The position numbers and the translations under genes are program-made. Of a stretch of DNA of 64,000 nt, positions 35,250-48,100 are shown one piece after another. Source of the stretch: a virus (Duplodnaviria > Caudoviricetes). Each line of letters begins with the position of its first letter. Position 1 is the stretch's first letter. The stretch is taken from IMG/VR virus record IMGVR_UViG_3300025751_000015, positions 1 through 64,000 of that record; one strand, 5' to 3'. Under the pieces are notes generated by a model. The model saw nothing but the letters and a program-made list of their open reading frames with translations, was not told the origin of the DNA and did no database searches.

Positions 35250-37639
35250 TAAATATTACCTTTATAAACCCATGCCGCAGAACTTGTTCTAGCAATTCTA
35301 TCAAAATTATAAACAGTTACAGTTGACACAAATCCTGCTATATTTACAGCACCACTAAATGCACTTGCTCCATTACGTTCATACGTAACATTACCAACAA
35401 CTGTTTGTAATAATGTACTATCACTTGAGTATGCTTCAACTAAACCGTTTCTAACAATTACAACTTTTGCTCCTTGAACAGCATCTGTTGAAAACTCATC
35501 TGCTTGATCAGCATTAAGTCCTGTATTGAATACACAGAATCCTGTAAGCGTACCATTGGTTAACAATGTTGTAAATGTTCCTAATGCCGCATTTGTTGGA
35601 ATTAATTGTGAGTCAACACTAATATTTCCTGAAGCACTTAATTGAAATTCATATCCTAGTGTCGCTGACTTTTTATTAATTAAATCTGTTACGTTACCGT
35701 ATGACGTTTCAACTGTTCTACCACCAATATAACCAATACCGTATCTTGTTGTTGATCCGTATTTTTTAATATACAAAGGATTACCTGAACTATCAGTACC
35801 TAGGTTACCATAATAATAACTTCCAAGTATTCTTGCTGTTGTTCCTTCTTTAAAGTTATTAGGTGGAGCAAGTCTAGTTAATTGTGCTTTAACATCATCT
35901 TGTGTCATGTCTTTAGTATCAAGATAAAACTGAATATCTTGTCCAGTTGATTGGAATACTGTATCAACATATTCTTTGATAGCACGTTCAGTAACTAAAT
36001 TGCTTGCACTGTTTTGTAAAAATTGTCCATCATCACTAATACGTGTAACTGTTCTACCTACAGCATCAACAAATTTTTGTGCTTTAACCTGTATTGCAGG
36101 AGCATTCTTACCAATGTCAGCACCGTCAATTACTGTTCCGTTTGTTATTGTTCCTGCTCTTAAATCTGGATTGTTAATTCTTGAGTCTTGTATAGTAACC
36201 CTATCAATTAACATATCTCCAATATTTTGATTGGCATCGCTAGGAGTAGTTATTGCACCTCTACCAATTCTACCAACACTAATGTAACCATTAATTGTTT
36301 GTGAAGATGTAACATTAACACTACCATTAAATTGTGATGTTCCGTTAAATGTATTGTTTCCTGTAAGCGTATTATTTTGATTTGTATAAACACCGTAATC
36401 AACAAAAGCCGCAACACCTTCGAAGCGTCCAATTCTTGTTCCTGCACTTGCTGGAATGATAGGTGCTTGTGTTGTAGCATCTACATCAACAACTGTTAAT
36501 CCGTTTGTTGCTTGAGAATTACCTACGTTAATTGTATATGATTTTCCTGTATCAGGATCAACAATAGTTTGTCCTGTACTATCTTGCAAAGGTCCTCTGT
36601 TAGCACCTGTTGTTGTACCAACCATTGATCCTGCAAGTGTACCGATAAAGTTTGCATAGATATCCTGTGCATAAATGTTTCTAAAGTTTTTGCTAGGTGA
36701 ACCAATGCTTACTTGATTGTTAGCAAAAGGTAAAATATTTTTATCAATAATTTGTATTACTTCTTTGTCAGCACCACTACCGGCATAGTTAACACCAAGT
36801 TTTAAAACAGTACCAACTTCATTGTAAATTTGTGCAATGCTAGAACCAGGATCAATTTTAATTTCTAATTCGCTGTCAACACCTATTTTGATACCACCGT
36901 CATTTTTAAAACTGTATACACCTGTAATATCTTCGTTGTCATTTCTGTTTGCCCAAGTGCTTGCTAAACGTCCGCCTAGTCTATCAGCATCGCCTGCTGT
37001 ACCAAAAAATCTTGTAGCACTAGATGTTACGCCATCTACATTTGTGCCTTTTGCAGTAATACCTTGACCAATTCTAGTAAATCCTGTTAACGGTGTTGCA
37101 GTTTGATCAATTTCAAACGCCGCATCTGCCATTACCATATATGGTGCACCGTCTACATATCCAATTGATACAGGATGATCTGTTCCTCCGGTGTCAGTTA
37201 ATTTTTCTGAACTCCAACGAGTTTGACCAAAACCTAATACACTTTCAGGTCCAACAAGTACATGCTGGTCACCATCTGCAACAAATACATATAATTTATT
37301 GTTAACAGTATCCCACCATAAATCACCTTCTTTTTGACCTTGAGGTTCTGTAGCACTAACTTGATTGATTGTTAAATTACGCCAATGCACTCCGTCAAAC
37401 ACACTAGGACGAAGTTTGTCTGCATTTTTATCAAACCATATCTGTCCAACCAACGGCTTGCTTGGAGGTGTATCTGCTCTAGCAAAATTTTCTAATAATT
37501 TTACAAAGTTTTCATTTTGTTGCTCACCGTAGCCTGCAACATTTCTACCCACAAGTTGTAGATCGGTTGAGTTATCAACAACACCATCTGCTAGTGTTAT
37601 TAATACTGTACCGTCCGTTTTATCTAATTGATATGGCAT
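35249..37639 (-). CDS. Tail fibre / baseplate-associated protein (paralog 3)
   Basis: Shared N-terminal module; G/T/N/S-rich beta-type body. Confidence 0.7.
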   Translation of the reverse strand: MPYQLDKTDGTVLITLADGVVDNSTDLQLVGRNVAGYGEQQNENFVKLLENFARADTPPSKPLVGQIWFDKNADKLRPSVFDGVHWRNLTINQVSATEPQGQKEGDLWWDTVNNKLYVFVADGDQHVLVGPESVLGFGQTRWSSEKLTDTGGTDHPVSIGYVDGAPYMVMADAAFEIDQTATPLTGFTRIGQGITAKGTNVDGVTSSATRFFGTAGDADRLGGRLASTWANRNDNEDITGVYSFKNDGGIKIGVDSELEIKIDPGSSIAQIYNEVGTVLKLGVNYAGSGADKEVIQIIDKNILPFANNQVSIGSPSKNFRNIYAQDIYANFIGTLAGSMVGTTTGANRGPLQDSTGQTIVDPDTGKSYTINVGNSQATNGLTVVDVDATTQAPIIPASAGTRIGRFEGVAAFVDYGVYTNQNNTLTGNNTFNGTSQFNGSVNVTSSQTINGYISVGRIGRGAITTPSDANQNIGDMLIDRVTIQDSRINNPDLRAGTITNGTVIDGADIGKNAPAIQVKAQKFVDAVGRTVTRISDDGQFLQNSASNLVTERAIKEYVDTVFQSTGQDIQFYLDTKDMTQDDVKAQLTRLAPPNNFKEGTTARILGSYYYGNLGTDSSGNPLYIKKYGSTTRYGIGYIGGRTVETSYGNVTDLINKKSATLGYEFQLSASGNISVDSQLIPTNAALGTFTTLLTNGTLTGFCVFNTGLNADQADEFSTDAVQGAKVVIVRNGLVEAYSSDSTLLQTVVGNVTYERNGASAFSGAVNIAGFVSTVTVYNFDRIARTSSAAWVYKGNI

Positions 37640-37652
37640 CGCTCTCTATTCC

Positions 37653-39491
37653 TTATACATCACTTACATAAACCCATTGTGGGCCTGCTTGGATTTCAAA
37701 TATTTTTGTTACTCTTGCTACAGCAATTGAGTTACCACTTGGCGTAAGACCATTTGGAAAACTTAAACTCTGTATAACACTTGCACTACTTAAATTACCG
37801 TCTTTGTCAACTGCTACTTGGTTAGCAAGCAATTCGTTTGTTAATCCCGAACTCACACCACTTGTGTTAACAGTAATAGTTGTTGCTGTACCTGCAAGCG
37901 AAAGTGTTTCACACAAAATTCTAGCCTGTGTTCCAAGTTCATAATTTACTGGTGGTGCAAGTTTTGCAAGTTCGTTTGGAATGTCTGAAGTGTTTTGGTT
38001 TGTCATTCCAGTTACATTCATTGTTAACACAATAGTTTGATTAGCAATTTCTCTATCAACATATGCTTTTGTAGCAACGTCTTGTGCCGCAGTAGGATCC
38101 TTAACACCTTTAATTTGTGTTACCGGACTAACTGCTTCGTTATCAAAAACAACATTACCTGTGCCATGCACATCAATGTTTAAATCTGCATTTGTTGTTA
38201 CAGTTGAAATTGTATTGCCATTAATGTCAATGTCATCAACTTGTAATTGTGTTAGAATTCCTAAATTTGTTAAACTTGAATTAACAACTCCTGCACCAAG
38301 TGTATCTGCACTTAGTACTAAGTTATTATTAATATGAAAATGCTTTGTCGAAGCAATACCAAATGTATCACTTGATGTCCATGCCTTTGTACTGTTCGCC
38401 CAATTAATTGTATGATCAGTATCGCCTTTAAGCGTAATACCTCCACCATCAGCAAGAACGTCAGTTGGTGTATCACCATAGGCTAATTCGATATTTTTAT
38501 CATTTACTCTTAATGTATTTGTATCTAAATAACTTGTGCTACCGCTTACAGTCAAGTCGCCGCTTACAATTAAGTCGCCGCCAGTAGTAACTGTACTTGT
38601 TGTTTGTCCGTCAAATAGTTTTATTGCAAGTGTGGAACTGTCAATTAAAATTGCATCTGTTAATGTTCCTGTTACACTTGAGTTAACCTGTAACTTCCAA
38701 TCTCTATCTTGCAAGTTGTTTTTAAATATTGTTACTGTTCCGTCAACAAACCCTGTGAAGTCACTGTCAGCACCTATTGTAACACCACCATCATTAAGAA
38801 CACCAAGTGTTCCTGTTGTAATATCACTTTCGTCTGAACGTAAAAATTGTCCAGGAGCAATACCTGCAACAGCATCTGCTGATGTTGCTGTACCGTGCAG
38901 TTTTAATCCTGCCACTGATGTGTTAAAATTAAGTCCAACATTAATTTGTGAAAAACCATTGATTGCTGTTCGAGGTGTAAATTGATATCTACTTAAAATA
39001 CCAACACGCTCACCGTTCACCCAAAGTGCTGTAACCGAACGTCCATTGTTTCCTTGGTCAACAACATTTTCAACAATCCATCCGTGTTTTCCTTCTGCTT
39101 GAGAATAAATTGGACCTGCTAAACTTAAATCAACACCATCATAAAAATATAGTTGATTTGTTTCGTTGTTAATCCAAAGGTCACCAATAACCAATCCGGG
39201 AGGTTGTGTATCTTGTACTAACGGTCCACCTGTTGGTTTAAATTCACTACCAGTATAAACTTTTAAACGACCTTCTAATGTATCAAACCAAACTTGTCCT
39301 TCTAAAGGATTGTTGGGTGCTGTTCTATTTGCAAAACTTTCTAATAGTTTTACTAAATTTTCATTTAATACTTCACCATACCCACTATATTTTCTACCTA
39401 CAAGGGTAATATCTGTTGATGTGTTATCAACTGTACCATCGCCAACAATGGTTAAAACTGTTCCATCTGTTTTATTAACTGTATAACTCAT
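37653..39491 (-). CDS. Tail fibre / baseplate-associated protein (paralog 2)
   Basis: Shared N-terminal module; DPTAAQDVATKAYVD fibre-type motif. Confidence 0.7.
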   Translation of the reverse strand: MSYTVNKTDGTVLTIVGDGTVDNTSTDITLVGRKYSGYGEVLNENLVKLLESFANRTAPNNPLEGQVWFDTLEGRLKVYTGSEFKPTGGPLVQDTQPPGLVIGDLWINNETNQLYFYDGVDLSLAGPIYSQAEGKHGWIVENVVDQGNNGRSVTALWVNGERVGILSRYQFTPRTAINGFSQINVGLNFNTSVAGLKLHGTATSADAVAGIAPGQFLRSDESDITTGTLGVLNDGGVTIGADSDFTGFVDGTVTIFKNNLQDRDWKLQVNSSVTGTLTDAILIDSSTLAIKLFDGQTTSTVTTGGDLIVSGDLTVSGSTSYLDTNTLRVNDKNIELAYGDTPTDVLADGGGITLKGDTDHTINWANSTKAWTSSDTFGIASTKHFHINNNLVLSADTLGAGVVNSSLTNLGILTQLQVDDIDINGNTISTVTTNADLNIDVHGTGNVVFDNEAVSPVTQIKGVKDPTAAQDVATKAYVDREIANQTIVLTMNVTGMTNQNTSDIPNELAKLAPPVNYELGTQARILCETLSLAGTATTITVNTSGVSSGLTNELLANQVAVDKDGNLSSASVIQSLSFPNGLTPSGNSIAVARVTKIFEIQAGPQWVYVSDV

Positions 39492-41512
39492 TATGCCGCT
39501 GGCTCCCCTGATCTAATAATGTAATGCACTGCTAAGTATGGGTTCATAACATTTAATGTATTGTAAGGTCCGCTACCTGTGGTTGATGAATATTGTGTTC
39601 CGCTACCAAAAGCAACGTTGCTTGTATCAATAGTTTCACTACCTTGTGTACCACCTAAACTTCTAGCCGCGGTATTTGTTACTCTGTTTGCAACACCACC
39701 ACCTGCATCAACTGCAATACCACTAACATCATTAACTGTTGTTCCATTGTCCATATTATCAAGACCTAATGGAAATCTACCACGCAAGTCTGGTAACTTA
39801 AATGTGTTTGGATTAACACCAGTTCCGTATGTTGTACCTATTGCATTGAATAATTGAGGATATAATCCTTGTGCAACTTCTGAACCATCGCATAACAAAT
39901 ACCCGCTTGGAATATCTGCGAAACTTGCAATTGGTCCAGCATATGACATAATAGCACCGATTGGGACCAATGATGCTCCTGCAAAAAAGTTTGTTCTTTG
40001 TACTTTTCTTAAACCTTGTCCGGATCTAACAATTAACAATTCATCATCATTTTCGTTTTCTGTAACTTCTGTTTGTTCAGAAATAGCATCCTGTGTTAAT
40101 GTTACGTTAAATGTTTTTTCTGTTCCGCCGGTTTGTCCATCAAAACTAAAACCTGTTGAATCAGCAACGTGTCCTGACACTTTAAAAACTGTTGAAGCAA
40201 CCAATCTATCTGATGTACCATTAACATTACCAAATACATCACCAACAACTGTTCCTGTTAATCTTCCTGTAAATGTTTCTGAATAAACATTTCTAAATCT
40301 ATTATTTGTTGTACCAATGTCTAACTGTGCATCAAATGCTTGTGTTCCATCATCTGTTGGTTGAATAGCAACTGTACCACTTCCTGTTTCACCTACTTGT
40401 ATATGACCTTGGAATAATGCATTACCACCAACGTATAAATTTTCAGCAATACCTGCACCACCTGCTACAATCAATGCACCTGTTGTTGTTGATGTGGCAC
40501 TTGTTGTTGATGCAAGTTGAAGTGTTTCTGTAAAATGTCCACTTCCTGTAACATCTAATGCTACCGTTGGAGAAACTTGATTAATACCAACACGTTTGTT
40601 TCTGCCATCAACTCGCATAACTGTAACAACATCTCTATCACTTTCTGGAAACACTTTAAAATCAATGTTGCCATCGAGTGAGTTGTTTTTAATTACAGCA
40701 TTGTTGCTTGCAATTTCTAAGTTGAATATCTGATTAGCACCAACAGTGACACCACCATCGTTTCTAACAAACAACTGACCATTCATTGTGTCAGTAATAT
40801 CTGTTCTTAAAAAGTTGTTTGCATTAACAGTTTCAATAGCCGGTTGTGTTACGTTAAGTGCATCTGCCTTTGTGGCTGTTGCATGTAATTTGTTTAATAC
40901 AATACCGTTATTATTAAAATCTGTATTTGAAATATTGATTCCTGGAAACAGTTCAATGAATCCTTCAATTTTTTGTCTTGGAATAAATTGATCTTTTGAA
41001 ATAATTGTTACAACTTTATCTGCAACATAGTTTTTAATAACAGTGTGTGTTACGTTTTGTGTATCAACTACTTCTTCTGCTTGAGCGCCTGCTTTAAGGC
41101 CTCCCGCAAAATTAGGTCCTACCAACTGGAATTGAGCACCTGTATAAAGATAAAGTTGATTGTTTGTTGTATCTACCCAAACATCTCCTCTTAAAGGATT
41201 ATTAGGTTCAACCGCTTCAACATGAACACCGCCTGCTGGTCTCCAATTACTTGCTCCTGCTGTTGAATCGTTTATTTTTAATCTGTTTGTTCCACTATCA
41301 TACCAAAGTTGTCCTTCAATTGGATTGTTTGGCGGATTGGTATTTGCAAAATTTTCTAATACATGCAAGAAATTTTCTGCAATCGCTTGACCGTAACTGG
41401 CTTCATTACGTCCTATAAACGTTAACGAAGTGTCAACAGTGTTACGACTATTGTCATCGATAACAATAGGATTTTTGTTAATACTATCTGTAAAGTTTAC
41501 ACTATATGCCAT
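39491..41512 (-). CDS. Tail fibre protein with phage tail-collar domain (paralog 1)
   Basis: Shared N-terminal module; PIGAIMSYAG...GYLLCDGS...LFNAIGTTYG...FKLPDLRGRFPLG collar motif. Confidence 0.8.
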   Translation of the reverse strand: MAYSVNFTDSINKNPIVIDDNSRNTVDTSLTFIGRNEASYGQAIAENFLHVLENFANTNPPNNPIEGQLWYDSGTNRLKINDSTAGASNWRPAGGVHVEAVEPNNPLRGDVWVDTTNNQLYLYTGAQFQLVGPNFAGGLKAGAQAEEVVDTQNVTHTVIKNYVADKVVTIISKDQFIPRQKIEGFIELFPGINISNTDFNNNGIVLNKLHATATKADALNVTQPAIETVNANNFLRTDITDTMNGQLFVRNDGGVTVGANQIFNLEIASNNAVIKNNSLDGNIDFKVFPESDRDVVTVMRVDGRNKRVGINQVSPTVALDVTGSGHFTETLQLASTTSATSTTTGALIVAGGAGIAENLYVGGNALFQGHIQVGETGSGTVAIQPTDDGTQAFDAQLDIGTTNNRFRNVYSETFTGRLTGTVVGDVFGNVNGTSDRLVASTVFKVSGHVADSTGFSFDGQTGGTEKTFNVTLTQDAISEQTEVTENENDDELLIVRSGQGLRKVQRTNFFAGASLVPIGAIMSYAGPIASFADIPSGYLLCDGSEVAQGLYPQLFNAIGTTYGTGVNPNTFKLPDLRGRFPLGLDNMDNGTTVNDVSGIAVDAGGGVANRVTNTAARSLGGTQGSETIDTSNVAFGSGTQYSSTTGSGPYNTLNVMNPYLAVHYIIRSGEPAA

Positions 41513-41515
41513 TCG

Positions 41516-42166
41516 TTAAATCTCGCTTATGTTTGTCAAACTTTGAATTCTAATTGTATAATCAATCTGTATTAGCCTGTTTAATGACTTTTGCACAGGA
41601 TGGAATACCACGTGTGTTAAAAGTCTTCCTAGATTTGCACCATTAGGAGTATATGCTTTTAATCCTAATTCGTCAAATACATAATTTCCGTCCATGTCAG
41701 TGGAATTATCAAATGCTTCTTGTCCGCTTGGTTCACCGTAATCAAGCAAACAACTAATCAAAATATCTGTATAAGTTGTACCAAGTGTGTGTCTTGTTTC
41801 AATAAAGTTTCTGCTTGGATCTGTATTGTTTACATTGTTGTCATCTACAGTTTTATAATATGTTTGATTGTATAAACTTGCATTAACACCCACATTATTT
41901 GGTGTTAGATATGTAACAATGCCTGTAGGATCAACTGTAGTACCACCGTTACCAAAAGCCATTTCAACAATGTTACCACGTCCTTCGTTACCTAGCGATT
42001 CTGCTAGTGATATACTCATATTTTCATAATGGATTGCATTTCTCTTATCCACGAACACTTTTTTAGTTTCAGGATCGTGAATTTTGATGTGTCCTTCCAT
42101 AAGCACACCTTGATTTTCTGTTGGCTTTTGATACGTTTGTTTCACTTTTTTATCCTTGTCTGACAT
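41516..42166 (-). CDS. Hypothetical virion structural protein
   Basis: 216 aa within the structural operon; FDELGL and HPVQKSLNR motifs. Confidence 0.7.
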   Translation of the reverse strand: MSDKDKKVKQTYQKPTENQGVLMEGHIKIHDPETKKVFVDKRNAIHYENMSISLAESLGNEGRGNIVEMAFGNGGTTVDPTGIVTYLTPNNVGVNASLYNQTYYKTVDDNNVNNTDPSRNFIETRHTLGTTYTDILISCLLDYGEPSGQEAFDNSTDMDGNYVFDELGLKAYTPNGANLGRLLTHVVFHPVQKSLNRLIQIDYTIRIQSLTNISEI

Positions 42167-42169
42167 TGG

Positions 42170-45100
42170 TTATTCCCTAATATTTATTACAGGCAAGCCA
42201 CTGGGTCTCTCCAGCAAGAACTTAGCCTGTGCAGTTTCCGCACGTTGTAGTGTAGTACCTGTAGACGCTGAATTAACGCCTTGCTCGTGCCATACTCTGC
42301 CTTGTTTTTGTACTACTTTTAGTTCTAAACCTAGTTGAGGTTCATCTCTAAGCACTAATTTATAGTAATTTTTACCAGTTGAATCACCTACTGCTTCGAT
42401 TGTAAACTCCGGTGTTTGTAATACATCACTTGATGTACCTTGACTATTAGTTTCATCACTATCATATGCAATTTCAACATTATGCACCTTGATAGGATTA
42501 GTTGAAACTGTTGGTTTTTGAAGTTTTCTACCACCTAGATATACTTCTACTTGATCGTGTGCGTTTGCCTCTGAACTAATATTGATTGTTTCAAGCACAT
42601 GTTCTTTTGTACCATTAGGTAATCCTTGTCTAATTACACCTTGATACACATTTACAGTTTCAATGTAAGGAACTGTTTGGCTTGGTCCGGCATCTATTAC
42701 TTTTGTTCCTGCTGAATACGAAGTTTTTACTCCTGTTCCAAGTGTTCCTCTAACAATCTGCTCTAGATCATTTCCATTAATCTTGTAAAATTCAATTCTT
42801 TCTCTATCAATCCAAATAACTCCAGGAACTTTATTTTCTGGACTTGGAGTTTGTAAGAAACTTGCATCAGTTAAAGATATTTTTTTGTCGGTATTATCAA
42901 GTTTAACAGCAAGAGTTGTTGAATCTTGATCACTAATACGTTTATAATGTGATCTGTGCAACATATCATTGAATATTCTGTAACCGATAGAATCGTAACT
43001 GATTTCTTCACTAAATGTTGTTATAACAATTCTCGATGTTGGAGTTACTGTGAACTTATCATCAATTTCAACCGTTGTATTATTGTCTAATACTTTATAA
43101 TCTCTTTCTGCAACAATCGGAGTACCATCAATCTCTACCCAAATATAATTAGAATCAATAGCAGGACGACTTAGTTTATAAGTGCCTCCTAATTTACCTG
43201 TGTAAACTTCTTTTCTAATTAGATTAGCATCATGATTTGTAAATGTTGTTACCTGATATTCGGCATTAGTTGGTAAACTTGCTCTATTTTTTATAATAAC
43301 TAGATTTGCTTCTGTATCACCAGCACTATCACCAGTAACATTTAATTCATATTCATGATTTCTAAGTATTGTGATAGCAATCGCATCACCTGAATTCAAA
43401 ACGTTTTGATTAAATGTAACCAAATTAGTTTGTGTGTCAAAGTTAAAGTCTCTAATCGGCACCAACTTAATTCCATTTAGGTGAACTTCAATCTCTCCCA
43501 ATGCTAGGAAGAAAGTAGGATACTCAGGATCTTGACTGACCGTGTACTGTTGTGTAATTCCATTACTTACATAATAAACAGTATCTGGTGGTAGCAGTCT
43601 AGTAATTGTTCCTGTGTCTAAATCTTTTACTTCTGCAATTACCATGTTATGATATGGAGCAATATTTCCAGGAATATTTGTAAGTCTATAAGACATACTA
43701 CTACCATCGTCTGTAATAGTTTCTTTTATAATTTCACTATAGGTCTTTTCACTTATACTAAGTGCAGTAATCTCAATAATAGAACCTGAAGAAATTGTGT
43801 CAGGTGGATTAGTTAAAAGTATTTCAGCACTTCCTGTATCAGTATCTTTTAAAATTTGATAACTTTGTGATACACCATTAACAGTAACAAACGCACTTTT
43901 TACATCGTTGTAATTTGCTGTTAATCTAAATAATGTGCTCGAGTCGTCATTTACAAATCTCTTTCTCTCAAGTATGTTTGCACCGCCGACATTAAGTGTC
44001 TGTATTGTTACAAGTTCACCAATTTCTGGTGCATCAACAAAATCAATTTCTTTATTTTGATAATCAATTGTGTAACCAATACCGTTTTCTAAATATACAC
44101 CAGCAACTGAAACAAATATACTATCCTGTGTTCCTGGATATAAATCAAATCCATAATTTCGTTTGATACTATTACCATAATATCTGTTTGTTACAATTAA
44201 TGGTGAACCATCAGCAGGTGAATTATAAACACTCATGCTCAAACTATCAAATACCTGTCCTGGAACAACTTCTTCTGGTGCATGACTTGTGTCTGGTGTA
44301 ACAAATCCGTCACCGTCTAATGAAATATCTTCTGGACGAGTACCTGTTGCTGTGCTGTAACTAAAGTTACCACCTTGAATAATAGCATCAAGGTTGTTTA
44401 CGTCTGTTGGAACAAGACTTCCGTCTGATTCTTTCTGTCTAAACACAACAAGTGTACCGTCTAGGGCCGCAACACCAAGTGTAAATGTTGTTGTATTACC
44501 ATCGCCAACGATAGTTGGTGTGTTTGTTGGATCTTGTCTAACATTATCAAAGTAAACATTTATTTCCTGACCGCTTTCTGGTGTATATGGCAATGTAAAT
44601 GTTGTGGTTGTACCGTCTGCACGGAAAGCATAATCTGTATTTGTACCCGAGAATGTGTCCCAACCATGACTAAACCATGGAAGACCATCCCAGCCTACAC
44701 TAATATCAAACTCTAATCCCTGTACCTGTACACCATCATATTCAACTCCAGTCATTAATTGTGCTGGATCTTTACCAAGCATACCTGCTGTAGGTTGATA
44801 GTAATAGTTAATTCTATCAGTGGCCTGCATTAAGTCAATTGATTTTTTGTATTCAATCTTAACTGTTGCGTTTGCACCAGGAGGTGTATTAAAGATTATG
44901 TAACCTTCTTTTTTCTTATAGGTTCTATTTTTTGCTGTTACAATGCTAACTTGATAGTTTTCGATGTAAACTGTTTCATTATTGATATTAATATCAATTT
45001 CACGCTTATCTAGAGTTGGCAAATAAGTTAACTTAAATCTAACTTGACCGGTAGTTGCTCTAAACGTATCTGTTTGCGTTTGTGTTTGTATAATTTTGTT

Positions 45101-48100
45101 ACTGCTTAATCTGTCAAAGGTCATATTAACAGTATTAATTCTAACCTTTTTATTTTCAAGTATAGCATAGCCTAGTGCAGGTTTTGTAACAGCGTTATCT
45201 CCGCCACCACCTGCAAGTGTTACCGTAGGAGCACTTGCATAACCGCTACCAGGATTAGTAACTACAATCTCCCTAACAATTCCTCTTGAAGTATATGCTA
45301 CCGCGGCCGCATCAACAACTGCATCACCTGGTAATGTTTTGTTACCATTCGGTAATATAGGAGCACCGTAATATGTAGGTCCAATAATATAAGGATAAAC
45401 TGCTTTATTGACATCAGCCGGATCAACAGTAACAAAGTATGCATATGTACCATCTGGATATTCTGGAGTATTACAAGTTCTACCATTGTGCTGATCTAAG
45501 TCACCTAATCCTGTAACATATTCAAAATCTTCAATGTATCTTCCGTCTGAATCACTACCATCTGCTCTTGGTGTTTGTTTTAATCTATAACTAGATGTCA
45601 TTACCCTTGGATTTGATCTGCCAGTTGGAGAATCCCAACCGTATGGTCCATATATTGGATATCCATCAAGTGCATAACCTAACAGAGGTGAATGGTTGTT
45701 TTTATCTTTTGTGTACATCAGGCGTGGATCTGAATGATAATGATACACTCCGTTTTCTTGTGGATGTCCACTACCGTCATCAATGCCTAATTCTTCATGG
45801 CTTTCTACTGCATTAAGTTCATACTCAATACCGTTTCTTACTTCTGTTAGTGCCGCTTTTGGATTGTAGAAAACAACACCATTAACAGCAACACCAATTT
45901 CGCCCAAAGGTGTAGCAACTTTATCTAGTGCTTCAACAGGTGTTCGTGTTATTTCAAATGTAAAGTTCTGTGCTGTAACAGTATTCACACCAGGATTTCT
46001 AAGGAAACCATGATCAGGTATGCTTGTTGTTTTAACAAAGAACCTTGTATCAGTGTAATCTGTTGTAACCAACGGTCTAAATTGAGAAGTTTGTGTGATT
46101 GTAGGCTTATTAGTACGTCCACCGCTAATAACAACCAAAGGAGGTTCTGTATATCCTGCACCTTCTTCGGTTACATCTATTCTACCAACACTAAATTTAT
46201 AGTTGTCGAACCAATTTGCATAAGGCTGTTCACTTATCTTATCATCTGTAATCTTAACAGCAACAAATCGTTTATTTTCTTCGTCCCAGTAACTAGGAAG
46301 ATCAAAATCTGTTGTTCCTGCATTTACATTTTCTAAACTTTCATAGTTATTAATGAAATTTCTAATTACTGTTTTATAAGGTTTAACTTCTTTAATATAA
46401 CTTTCGATATAACCAGGATCACTTACTTTATAATTTAATTTTCTACTTAGTGTTCCTAGATTATTTGTAACATTTATAAAACTAGATTTAAATGCCCAGT
46501 CAACAAAACTCTGTTCACTAAACACATATCTTATTGCAATAAAGAATAATTCATTCCAATTGGCTTTTAGGTCATCTACAAAAATATTATTTTTAAGAGT
46601 TTCAAGAATTTTTCTTGTTTCAGTAATTGGTTCACTGTCAAACAAGTTAACATCATAGTTTTCTAGACCAGCAAAACCAAAATTTAATTCTTGATAATTG
46701 TAGATGCTTGAATTAATTTGTATAGTTGATTTAGCCTTGTACATTAAATCATAATCGTTACTGAATGTACCGTTGGCATTTACCTTACGTAAAATCATTT
46801 TATTACCGTCGCCGGCATTATCTATCTGTACTAGTTCACCTGATGCAGGAGTAATAGTGTTTAATTCATAAGGTGCTGTAATTTTATAGTTTATAATTTC
46901 ATCTACATTGAATCCATTAACAATATAATCTTTGTAACTCCAAAATCTATTTAGATCGTATGTTTGAGTGTTAGTTCTTGTCCAATTGTTTACAGAACTT
47001 ACCCATTCGTATAATGACCAATTGTTATTTGCTGTTTCGTCAACCGACACTAATACCTTAAATGGTCTAATCTCGAGATTTAAATAACTGTAATTTTCTC
47101 CTTTTTTAAGAATATCAATCGAAGTTATTCTTCCTCTGCTGTCAATATTTGCTTTTAGTTTAGCACCAGTACCGTCACCTATTAAGGTAATTTCAGGAGC
47201 ATTAACATAACCATACCCTTGATTGTTTACTACTACTTTGCTAACTTTACCATTTGTAAGTGTCGCTGTTGCTGTTGCTGTAACAAGATCCTGTGTACCG
47301 ATTTGACTTATTTCTTCAAAGTCATCAATTTTCAAATCCCATTTACCTGATCCTGAACCTGGTTCAGCATCTTTTTCAAATAAAGGTTGAATATTTTTTG
47401 TATCAACAACTCTAGTTTTAGACATCACATCATTACAGAATGTAACAATAGTTTTTAATGCTTTGAGCCTATCCACAAAAATACTCTGTCTTGGTCTGAT
47501 TTGCAAGCCATATTTTCTTGTTACTGGTAATGCTGGATCTGGTACAGGATTACCTTGACTGTCATAACCAACTAAACTGTCAATAAGTTTTTTAACTAAT
47601 AATTCGTTCTCAATCTTCTGATCTTGTTTCTCACCAACGAGTTGCCACTCATTGTGTTCAGGAATATCTGTTTCAACATTTCTATATTGAATGTTTAAGT
47701 TAACGTTCTGATCATCAAGTGTCGTTTTAACATTGCTTATGCTAATAGCATTCTTGCTTAATAGTTGAATGCTCTTGATTCCGTATGCTTGAGGATCTTC
47801 AATAATATTTGCAACTTCAACAGCAGGCAATTTTCTATTTGCGTTGTCAGGTGTTGTAATTTTATTTTTAACCCAATAATAGTATCTTGTTTCAAACCCA
47901 CTTGTGTTTCTGTTGTAGATATTTTTGGTCACATAAATGTCATCGCCATACTTAGGTGTACCACTAAACCCTAAACTAGTTCCTTCAACAGAACCAGTAA
48001 TTTCTGCCCATTCGCTTGGTAATAGATCTGTTTCAACCCATTCATAAACATCAACACTAGATCCAGGGAACAATGTACCCCAGTTTGTTTTTCTATATTC

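Noticed and set aside
42181-42187. ATAAATA late-promoter-like site before gene 42166
   Set aside because: Lies wholly in the last codons of the giant gene (VINIRE) and may be a coding coincidence.
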